A DNA stretch of 32,000 nucleotides from Geobacter sulfurreducens PCA (GTDB lineage: Bacteria; Desulfobacterota; Desulfuromonadia; Geobacterales; Geobacteraceae), in contig NC_002939.5 of NCBI RefSeq assembly GCF_000007985.2, forward strand, positions 3,660,001 through 3,692,000, in the 5' to 3' direction. This document shows positions 9,234 to 16,997 of this stretch, one piece after another; the first letter of the stretch is position 1, and each line of letters begins with the position of its first letter. The notes under the pieces were generated by a model. It was not told the origin of the DNA, searched no databases, and saw only the letters and a list, made by a program, of their open reading frames with translations. Both the position numbers and the translations under genes were made by a program.

Positions 9234-10601
9234 ATGAAAACCGACCTGCAGAGACACATGGAAAGACTCGGGGCTTCAGGCCTTTCACCCGAGCGTGAGG
9301 AGCGGTTCCTGCGGGAACTGAACGATACCCGCACGCACGAACTCCCGGAGCCGCCCCTGACCGGCCCGCCCGTACCGGGCATCTACGACGCCCACGACCT
9401 GATGGAGCTCCAGTCCATGGCCCAGCCCCAGGTGAGCCACACGACGCGCATCCGCTCCCTGGACGAACTCCTGGAGCGGGACCGGCTGCGTGAGGAGGAC
9501 GGTCTCCCGCGCAAGATCCGGATCGGCAAGCTCATCAAGCCGGGTGCGGGGGGCAAGGAAAAGATCGTGGTGGTGCCCACCACGGTGGAGGAGAAGCTGA
9601 TCCACGACCGGGCGCCCGAAGAGACCGAGGAAGACGAATCCATGGGGGGCACCGGCGACGGTGACGAGGGGGAAATCATCGGCGAGCAGCCGGTACGGCC
9701 CCAGCAGGAAGGAGGAAGCGGCACCGCCGGCCACGGGGAGGGCGAAGGGCATGAACTGGAGTCCACGGCCTACGACCTGGGGAGAATTCTGACCGAGCGG
9801 TTCGACCTGCCCAACCTGAAGGAGAAAGGCAAGAAAAGTTCGCTCTCCCACTACAGCTACGACCTGACCGACCGGAATCGGGGCTTCGGCCAGATCCTTG
9901 AAAAAAAGCAGACCCTGCGGCGGATTCTCGAAACGAACATCGCCCTGGGCACCGTGGCCGATGTGGCTGAAATCGATCCCACCCGGCTCGTCATCTCCCC
10001 CCGGGACCGCGTTTACCGCATCCTCTCCCGGGAGCTGGAGTACGAATCACAGGCCCTGGTCTTCTTCATCCGCGATTACTCGGGCTCCATGGAGGGGAAG
10101 GCAACGGAGGCGGTCTGCTCCCAGCACGTGCTCATCTACAGCTGGCTCCTCTACCAGTTCGCCCGGCAGGTGGAAACCCGGTTCATTCTCCACGACAACG
10201 ACGCCCGGGAGGTACCGGACTTCTACACCTACTACAACCTGCGGGTAGCGGGAGGAACGCGGGTGGCCGCTGCTTACCGGATGGTGAACGAGATCGTGGA
10301 AAAGGAAAGCCTGGCCCGGGATTACAACATCTACGTGTTCCACGGCACCGACGGCGACGACTGGGACACCAACGGCGAGGAGACGATTCCTGAACTCCGG
10401 CGGATGCTCGCCTACGCCAACCGGATCGGCGTCACCATTGCCGAGCACACCTACGGTTCGAGCGGCAACACCGAGGTGGAGCGGTACCTGAAGCGCTCGG
10501 GGCTGCTGGAGGAAAAGCCGGAACTGCTCCGCATGGATGTGATGGGTGAAGACGCCGAAGAATCCAGGATCATCGAGGGGATCAAAAGACTGATTTCGTG
10601 A
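9234..10601 (+). CDS. YeaH/YhbH family protein (DUF444, vWA-like)
   Basis: 455-aa ORF with an acidic/Gly-rich linker. FDLPNLK, IRDYSGSM (MIDAS-like DxSGS) and HGTDGDDWD match the motifs I recall from E. coli YeaH (LALPNLK, MDVSGSM, ASDGDNW). It starts 16 nt after the prkA stop. Confidence 0.88.
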   Translation: MKTDLQRHMERLGASGLSPEREERFLRELNDTRTHELPEPPLTGPPVPGIYDAHDLMELQSMAQPQVSHTTRIRSLDELLERDRLREEDGLPRKIRIGKLIKPGAGGKEKIVVVPTTVEEKLIHDRAPEETEEDESMGGTGDGDEGEIIGEQPVRPQQEGGSGTAGHGEGEGHELESTAYDLGRILTERFDLPNLKEKGKKSSLSHYSYDLTDRNRGFGQILEKKQTLRRILETNIALGTVADVAEIDPTRLVISPRDRVYRILSRELEYESQALVFFIRDYSGSMEGKATEAVCSQHVLIYSWLLYQFARQVETRFILHDNDAREVPDFYTYYNLRVAGGTRVAAAYRMVNEIVEKESLARDYNIYVFHGTDGDDWDTNGEETIPELRRMLAYANRIGVTIAEHTYGSSGNTEVERYLKRSGLLEEKPELLRMDVMGEDAEESRIIEGIKRLIS

Positions 10602-10685
10602 CGGAAGGAACTTCTCGGGGGGCGTGATAGCCGGGCACGGTCAAGGCTCCGGGAGTAACCGACAAGGCGTGTTTCGGACAGGGTT

Positions 10686-12308
10686 ATGCAACTCATCGAT
10701 CAGCACACGAAAAAGATCATGGAGGGGTGCAAGGAGCGGGCACGCGAGGCGGGGCTGCGCTTTTCCGACGAAACCCTCGAATACATCGTCACCAACCGGG
10801 ACATGCTGGAACTCCACCCCAAAGTGATGATCCCCACCCTGTACGATTACTGGGTCCATGACGTGGAGGTGCTGAAGGAGAAGGGGAAGTACGAACTCTA
10901 CCCCCACAACCCCTACGAGACGGTCATCAACACCCGGCCGCCCATCTCGTTCTACAACGACAACAACCCGGACTGGCTCAACGTGATGATCTTCTACCAC
11001 GTGCTGGCCCATATCGACTTCTTCCAGAACAACCTCTACTACCGCCATACCTGGGACTATGACCTGACCGGCAAGGCCCTGGCCGACAAGCGTCTCATCG
11101 CCCGGCTACGGTCCGAGCACGGCCGCCGACTCGACTATGTGATAGAGTTCGCCCGCTCCATCGACAACCTTGTGGGCTACTACGGCGAACTTTCCGCCCT
11201 GTTCCGGGGAGAGACCCCGCCGCTGCCGCGACGGCTCGACTACTACTTCGATGTGTTCCTCCAAAGGGTGAAAAAGGTCAAAACCGCCGGGTACGTACAG
11301 GAAATCGAACGGTATAACCGCTGCATGCGCGACTTCGGCGACCTGGGCGAGGAAACCTTTTTCGCCGAGGTCATGGCCAGGTACCCCGAGTTCGAGGCTC
11401 TCTACCTGAAAAGCCGGTCGGAAGAAAGACGCGGGCGGCCCGACCTGATGCAGTTCATCATGGAGCACTCCCCCGTCCTCAACCGGGAGGAACACCGCTG
11501 GATGAAGAGCGTGCTGGAGGTAATCCGCTCCACATCGGTCTACTTCCAGCCCCAGATGCGGACCAAGATCATGAACGAGGGGTGGGCCAGCTACTGGCAT
11601 GAAAAGCTCTTCCTCACCGATGACCGGATCAGGGGGCACGAGGTGGACTTCGCCCGGGTTCACTCGGGGGTCACCTGCCTGCACCGGGTGGGACTCAACC
11701 CCTACGCCATCGGCATGCGGCTCTTCCAGCACATCGAGGAGCAGGCCGACAAGGGCCGCATCTCCCTGGAGTTCCAGCAACTGGCCGACATTCATGCCCG
11801 GCAGGAGTTCGACCGCGGCACCGGAGGAGGCACGGCCTTCATCTTCGCCATCCGCGAGAACCTGTGCGACTTCTCGTTCATCAACACCTTCGTGGACCAG
11901 GATTTCGTAAACCGGCACAAGCTCTTCGTAGCGGGAAGACGCCTCAACAAGGAGCGGATGACCTGGCAGTATTACGTCAAGAGCCGCACGGCCGAGGCCT
12001 ACCGGGCCATGCTCGCGGAGTCCCTTTACCACCCCCCCGTCATTGCAGTGGACGAAGCGAAGGGCGAGGGGAAGTATCTCTACCTGGACCACCGGTTCGA
12101 GGGAAAGCCGCTGGTGAAGGACTTCATCGAGAACACCCTGATGGGGATCGAATACCTCTGGGGTGGTCCGGTGAAGCTCGAAACGAGCGAAGTGGGGCTC
12201 CCCCCGCCCGACGAGGCCGTGAAGCCCCCCGAGCGGCAGCAAAAAATCCACTGGCGACGCTACGTCTACACCATGGAGGACCGGAAGCTTTCGCGGACCC
12301 TCCTGTAA
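10686..12308 (+). CDS. spoVR: SpoVR family protein (YcgB-like)
   Basis: 540-aa ORF with the FYHVLAHIDFFQNN and NEGWASYWHE motifs typical of SpoVR/YcgB. Confidence 0.88.
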   Translation: MQLIDQHTKKIMEGCKERAREAGLRFSDETLEYIVTNRDMLELHPKVMIPTLYDYWVHDVEVLKEKGKYELYPHNPYETVINTRPPISFYNDNNPDWLNVMIFYHVLAHIDFFQNNLYYRHTWDYDLTGKALADKRLIARLRSEHGRRLDYVIEFARSIDNLVGYYGELSALFRGETPPLPRRLDYYFDVFLQRVKKVKTAGYVQEIERYNRCMRDFGDLGEETFFAEVMARYPEFEALYLKSRSEERRGRPDLMQFIMEHSPVLNREEHRWMKSVLEVIRSTSVYFQPQMRTKIMNEGWASYWHEKLFLTDDRIRGHEVDFARVHSGVTCLHRVGLNPYAIGMRLFQHIEEQADKGRISLEFQQLADIHARQEFDRGTGGGTAFIFAIRENLCDFSFINTFVDQDFVNRHKLFVAGRRLNKERMTWQYYVKSRTAEAYRAMLAESLYHPPVIAVDEAKGEGKYLYLDHRFEGKPLVKDFIENTLMGIEYLWGGPVKLETSEVGLPPPDEAVKPPERQQKIHWRRYVYTMEDRKLSRTLL

Positions 12309-12320
12309 GGACCAGCCCCC

Positions 12321-14624
12321 ATGACGAAATCCATGGACACCATATCCCGCGCGCTCCAGCATATGGACCGGAGCGTCAACGCCTGGGACCACCGGGGTTC
12401 CGTTCCCTTCGAGGAATTCCTGCGGATTCTCGTGGCCAACCCGGCACTGGTGCTCCGCAACGTCTTCCAGGTCTTTCACGACATGGTCATGAGCCATATC
12501 GGCGTCGGTATCGACGAGACTCCGGACGACCCCGAGTCTATCCACTACGTCTCCTATGACTGCCGCAAGCTCTTCGTGGAAGGGTCCGACACCCCGTTTT
12601 TCGCCGACCGGCTCTTCGCCAACCGCCTCGTGAGCCTGGTGGAAACCTGGAAGCGGGGCGCTCAGCAGAACAAGATTTATGTCTTCGAGGGGCCGCCCGG
12701 CAGCGGCAAGAGCACCTTCCTCAACAACCTGCTCATGAAGTTCGAGACCTACGCCAACACGGCAGAGGGCGCCCGCCACGAGGCGGTCTGGCGCCTGGAC
12801 CGGCAGACTCTGGGAGGTTTCACCCGCCATGAAACCGCGGTCTTTCTGGACAAGCTTTCAAAACTCCTGGAGGAATACGAGTTCAACCAGGAAGAGCTCT
12901 TCGAGGCCGAAGGAGCCATGCCTGCGGGGGACGACTTCGTGGAGATCCCCTGCCCCTCCCACGACAACCCGGTCCTCGTCATTCCCAAGCAGTTGCGGCG
13001 CCAGTTCTTCGATGACCTCTTCAAAAACGACGAGATGAAGTGGCGCCTCTTCACCGAAAAAGAATTCGACTGGGTCTTCCGCGGCACCTGCTGCACCGTC
13101 TGCAGCTCCATTTACCAGGCTCTCCTGGCCCGGCTCAAGAGCCCCGCGGCGGTGCTCCGGATGCTCCACGCTCGCCCCTATCACATCAACCGCCGTATGG
13201 GCGAAGGGATCAGCGTCTTCAACCCCGGCGACAAGCCGGTGCGCCAGAACGTCTTCACCAACGAGATGCTCCAGAGCCGCATCAATGCCGTGCTGCGGGA
13301 CAGCAACCAGGTAAAGTATCTCTTCTCCCAGTACGCCAAGACCAACAACGGCATCTATGCCCTCATGGACATCAAGGGGCACAATACTGACCGGCTCATC
13401 GAGCTCCACAACATCGTGAGCGAAGGGGTCCACAAGGTGGACGACCTGGAGGAGAATGTAGACTCCCTCTTCCTGGCCCTCATGAACCCAGAGGACAAGA
13501 GCAACATCGAGAGCTACCAGTCGTTCCTCGACCGGATCCAGTACATAAAGATACCCTACGTGCTCGACCTGAACACCGAGGTGGAGATCTACCGCAACAT
13601 CTTCGGCAAGCAGATCGACCACAGCTTCCTGCCGCGGGTGCTCCACAACTTCGCCCGGATCATCATTTCATCGCGCATGAACGAACGCTCCTACGCCATG
13701 AACGACTGGATCCCGGAGCCCCACCGCTACAGCATGTACTGCGATTTCAACCTCCAGCTCCTCAGGATGGAAATCTACACGGGGCACTTCCCCGCGTGGC
13801 TCACGGAGGAAGACCGCAAGAAGCTCACTGCCAAGCGCCGGCGCATGATCATCGCCGAAAGCGAGCAGGAGGGGGATCGGGGCTTCTCCGGGCGGGATGC
13901 CATCAAGATCTTCGGCGACTTCTACTCCACCTATGCCCGCAAGGACAAGCTCATCACCATGACCACCCTCACCTCCTACTTCACCAAGGTACGGCCGGAG
14001 CTGGGGAAGCAGCTTCCCGCCGGCTTCCTCGAATCACTCATGCGCCTCTACAACTTCACCATCCTGCAGGAGGTGAAGGAATCGCTCTACTACTTCAACG
14101 AAGAACAGATTTCACGGGACGTGCAGAACTACCTCTTCGCCATCAACTTCGAGCCGGTGGTGGACGAGACATGCACCTGGACGGGGGACAAGCTCCACAT
14201 CACCGAAACCTACCTGGAATCCATCGAAAACCGGCTCTTGGGAGCAGGCGCCGAGCGGGAAAAGCGGCTCGTCTTCCGGGTGGCAACCCAGAAGGAGTAC
14301 GCTTCCCGCACCCTGGCCCAGGAAATCCTCTTCGAAGGGAAAAAGATTACGGATACTGCCCTGTACCACGATCTCTTCGACCGCTACGTCTTCAATCTCA
14401 AGGAAAAGGCCCTGGACCCGTTCCTGGAGAACGAGAACTTCCGGCGCGCCATCAAGGACTTCGGCCGGGAGGAGTTCAAGACCTACGACAAGCGGATCCG
14501 GGACGACGTCACCTTCCTCATCAACAACCTGGGAACAAAGTACCGCTACACCCGTAACGGCGCCAAGGAAGTCTGCATCTACGTCATCGACAATGACCTG
14601 GCCAAGACCTACGGCCGCGCCTGA
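12321..14624 (+). CDS. second, longer PrkA family paralogue
   Basis: 767-aa ORF starting 12 nt after the spoVR stop. It has Walker A FEGPPGSGKST and the PrkA-type motif IPCPSHDNPVLVIP. NNGIYALMDIKG...ELHNIVSEG and FLDRIQYIKIPYVLDLNTEVEIY align by eye with E. coli YeaG segments. The C-terminal ending NNLGTKYRYTRNGAKEVCIYV parallels that of the first paralogue. Confidence 0.8.
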   Translation: MTKSMDTISRALQHMDRSVNAWDHRGSVPFEEFLRILVANPALVLRNVFQVFHDMVMSHIGVGIDETPDDPESIHYVSYDCRKLFVEGSDTPFFADRLFANRLVSLVETWKRGAQQNKIYVFEGPPGSGKSTFLNNLLMKFETYANTAEGARHEAVWRLDRQTLGGFTRHETAVFLDKLSKLLEEYEFNQEELFEAEGAMPAGDDFVEIPCPSHDNPVLVIPKQLRRQFFDDLFKNDEMKWRLFTEKEFDWVFRGTCCTVCSSIYQALLARLKSPAAVLRMLHARPYHINRRMGEGISVFNPGDKPVRQNVFTNEMLQSRINAVLRDSNQVKYLFSQYAKTNNGIYALMDIKGHNTDRLIELHNIVSEGVHKVDDLEENVDSLFLALMNPEDKSNIESYQSFLDRIQYIKIPYVLDLNTEVEIYRNIFGKQIDHSFLPRVLHNFARIIISSRMNERSYAMNDWIPEPHRYSMYCDFNLQLLRMEIYTGHFPAWLTEEDRKKLTAKRRRMIIAESEQEGDRGFSGRDAIKIFGDFYSTYARKDKLITMTTLTSYFTKVRPELGKQLPAGFLESLMRLYNFTILQEVKESLYYFNEEQISRDVQNYLFAINFEPVVDETCTWTGDKLHITETYLESIENRLLGAGAEREKRLVFRVATQKEYASRTLAQEILFEGKKITDTALYHDLFDRYVFNLKEKALDPFLENENFRRAIKDFGREEFKTYDKRIRDDVTFLINNLGTKYRYTRNGAKEVCIYVIDNDLAKTYGRA

Positions 14625-14656
14625 ACCCACTCTCACCATCAGGAGGACCAAACCCC

Positions 14657-15025
14657 ATGACCCTGCGCATCCTGCCGTTTGCCCTGCTCCTCACCTGCCT
14701 GGCGGCACCCGGCGTATTCGCGGCCGAGCCCGCCGCCGAAAACCGGGGCGAACTCCAGAACCGTATCGAACAACTTGAAAAACAGATTCGCGAGCTGAAG
14801 GAATTGCGCGAGAAGCAACAGCAGAAGGACGTGCGGGTCCGCGAGATACAGGAACCCTGCATTGCCGCCGTGGGCATGCGGGAGGTCTGCTCCTGCCTGG
14901 CTGAAAACCTGCCGATGGGGGTCGACTTCACGGCCTATGTCCGCATGGTGTCCGCACCGAAAGAAGGAGCGGACGAGCGGGTGCTGGCGATGGTGAAGGC
15001 GGCGCGGGAGCGGTGCGTGAAGTAG
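14657..15025 (+). CDS. exported hypothetical protein with coiled-coil segment and four Cys
   Basis: AGGAGG SD 10 nt upstream. Signal peptide MTLRILPFALLLTCLAAPGVFAA/E, followed by a heptad-like charged stretch (LQNRIEQLEKQIRELKELREKQQQ) and then C-x12-C-x-C...C. Confidence 0.65.
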   Translation: MTLRILPFALLLTCLAAPGVFAAEPAAENRGELQNRIEQLEKQIRELKELREKQQQKDVRVREIQEPCIAAVGMREVCSCLAENLPMGVDFTAYVRMVSAPKEGADERVLAMVKAARERCVK

Positions 15026-15030
15026 GGAGG

Positions 15031-16848
15031 CTACATCTCCACCCGCGTCACCACGCCCTGGAGTCGGCTGGCCGGCAGTTTGTGGAACTGGACGAAGTTG
15101 GGAGTGAGTTTTTTGAGGACCGAGAAGAAGCGCCAGAACGGATTGCGGGTACTGATGTCCTCGACGCCGTAGAAGATGACCTTCTCCTGAATGCCATTCT
15201 CTTTCAGCAGCCGTTCGATATCCACCATCTCCATGTACCCCGCCTCAATCCGGAATGCGTCGAGACCCGGCCCGATTCCCCTGATCAGCTCAGTTTCCAC
15301 GCCCAGGGGCTCGTCGCTGATCATCAGGGAAATGAACACATTGCGCTCATAGATGATGTTGCTCCGGATGATGCAGTGGACCACGTAGGGGGGGACCACG
15401 TCGGTCTCCCGGGTGAAGAAGAGCCCGGTCCCGCGGATGGGGCCCTTGGCGTAGATCTGCTCGTAGGAGATGAGGAACGTCTCCAGGTCCAGGGGCTTCA
15501 GGGCGCGGTAGAGGGTGCGCTGGCCTCGGGTCCAGATGATGATGGTCACAAAGGGGATTGACGCCAGGATGATGGACCAGTAGGCGCCGTGGGGCAGCTT
15601 GGAGAAAGTGGACACGTGGTAGGCGGCTGCGATGAGAGTCACCACCAGGGCCACCAGGGCACGCCACTTCTTGGTGGTGTGGGAGAAAACGATGATCATC
15701 ATGATGCCGGTGATGGTCATGGAGCCCGTCACCGCCATACCGTAGGCTGCGGCCAGGTTCTCGGACTTGCGGAAAACCAGCATGATGAAGATGACCGCTA
15801 CCATAAGCGACCAGTTGACGGCGCCGAGGTAGATCTGTGACTTGATCTGACGTGACGTGTAGTCGACCCGCATCAGCGGGAGGAGCCGCGTGGTGATCCC
15901 CTGGTAGACGATGGAGAAGACCCCGCTGATGATGGCCTGGGAGGCGATGATGGTGGCCATGATGGTGAGGATCAGGAAGGGGATGTAGAGGGCCGGCGCC
16001 TGGCTCCGTACCATGCCGAAGAGGAGGTTTTTCGCATCGGGATGGGCAATGGCGAACACCCCCTGGCCCAGGTAGTTAAGGTAGAGGGCTACGAACACGA
16101 AGTGCCACGCCCGGACGATCGGCCTTTTCCCCAGATGCCCCATGTCCGCGTAGAGGGCCTCTCCGCCGGTGGCGCAGAGTATTACCTCGGAGAGGACGAA
16201 GTAGCCGGCCAGTCCGTTGTCGCGGAAAAAGGCGATGCCGTGCAAGGGATTGATCGCCTCAACGATCTGCGGCATGGAAAAGGCGGAGACGGCACCGGTA
16301 ACGGCGAGGGTTCCGAACCAGAGGGCCATGATCGGCCCGAACGCGCTGGCCACCCGGTCGGTCCCCTTGTGCTGGACCGAGAAAAGGCCGATGGCGATGG
16401 CCGCGGCAATGGCAACCAGAGCCCCTGTAGACAGCCCTTCCAAACCGGGGATGAGAAGCAGACCCTCCACGGCGGAGAGGATACTGATGGCCGGGGTGAT
16501 GACCGCGTCGCCCAGCAGCAGCGACACCCCCACAAAGGAGAGAAAGCCGGCAAAGGCCACCAGACGCCCGGCCTTGACCAGCTTCATGATTATTTCCCGC
16601 AGGACGATCTCCCCCCCCTGCCCCTTGCGCCCCAGGCTCATGGCGAGCCAGGCATACTCGGCGGAAACGAGGATCGTCATGGTCCAGAAAATGAGGGAAA
16701 GAATGCCGTAGACGTTATCGATCGTGGGTTGCGTGAGGGTAAAGATAACCGTCAGGGTATAAATGGGACTCGTGCCGATGTCGCCGAAGACGAGGCCCAG
16801 GGCCTTGACGATGCCCCCCAAGAATGTATCGTGCTTGTGATGTTCCAT
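15031..16848 (-). CDS. kup: KUP/HAK/KT family potassium uptake transporter
   Basis: About 605-aa polytopic membrane protein with the signature GDIGTSPIYT near the N-terminus and a cytoplasmic C-terminal domain. The ORF-track start at 16863 is a TTG, so I prefer ATG 16848 (MEHHKHD...). Confidence 0.93.
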   Translation of the reverse strand: MEHHKHDTFLGGIVKALGLVFGDIGTSPIYTLTVIFTLTQPTIDNVYGILSLIFWTMTILVSAEYAWLAMSLGRKGQGGEIVLREIIMKLVKAGRLVAFAGFLSFVGVSLLLGDAVITPAISILSAVEGLLLIPGLEGLSTGALVAIAAAIAIGLFSVQHKGTDRVASAFGPIMALWFGTLAVTGAVSAFSMPQIVEAINPLHGIAFFRDNGLAGYFVLSEVILCATGGEALYADMGHLGKRPIVRAWHFVFVALYLNYLGQGVFAIAHPDAKNLLFGMVRSQAPALYIPFLILTIMATIIASQAIISGVFSIVYQGITTRLLPLMRVDYTSRQIKSQIYLGAVNWSLMVAVIFIMLVFRKSENLAAAYGMAVTGSMTITGIMMIIVFSHTTKKWRALVALVVTLIAAAYHVSTFSKLPHGAYWSIILASIPFVTIIIWTRGQRTLYRALKPLDLETFLISYEQIYAKGPIRGTGLFFTRETDVVPPYVVHCIIRSNIIYERNVFISLMISDEPLGVETELIRGIGPGLDAFRIEAGYMEMVDIERLLKENGIQEKVIFYGVEDISTRNPFWRFFSVLKKLTPNFVQFHKLPASRLQGVVTRVEM

Positions 16849-16898
16849 ATCAGCCCAAGACAAGAACTGTCGAAAAATCAGAACTCAACAACCGGCAC

Positions 16899-16927
16899 CT
16901 TATATCACTTCGCTCCGGCCAACTCAA
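16899..16927 (-). promoter_or_regulatory. putative sigma70-type promoter for kup
   Basis: On the minus strand: TTGAGT (16927-16922), 17-nt spacer, TATAAG (16904-16899). Confidence 0.45.
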
Positions 16928-16997
16928 CACAATTCCCGGCCCGGGGAGGGGAGCTTCGCCCTTGACCCGGCAACCTTGCATCGGGTAGTCTGAACCG

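Noticed and set aside
11106-12830. 574-aa ORF antisense to spoVR and the start of the second prkA
   Set aside because: Same artefact as above. It spans two well-supported sense genes and their intergenic gap, has no recognisable domain, and its composition is dominated by Gly/Val/Leu/Pro/Glu/His.
12321-14624. Idea that the second PrkA paralogue is an inactive ATPase with a degenerate Walker B
   Set aside because: On closer by-eye alignment, YALMDIKG lines up with the FVEMFK-type acidic Walker B position of YeaG-like proteins, so an acidic residue is retained. There is no basis to call it inactive.
16864-16997. c-di-AMP (ydaO-type) or other riboswitch in the kup leader
   Set aside because: The predicted leader from the TTGAGT/TATAAG promoter is only about 50 nt, and I saw no extended conserved pseudo-symmetric structure. 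It is too short for that riboswitch class.
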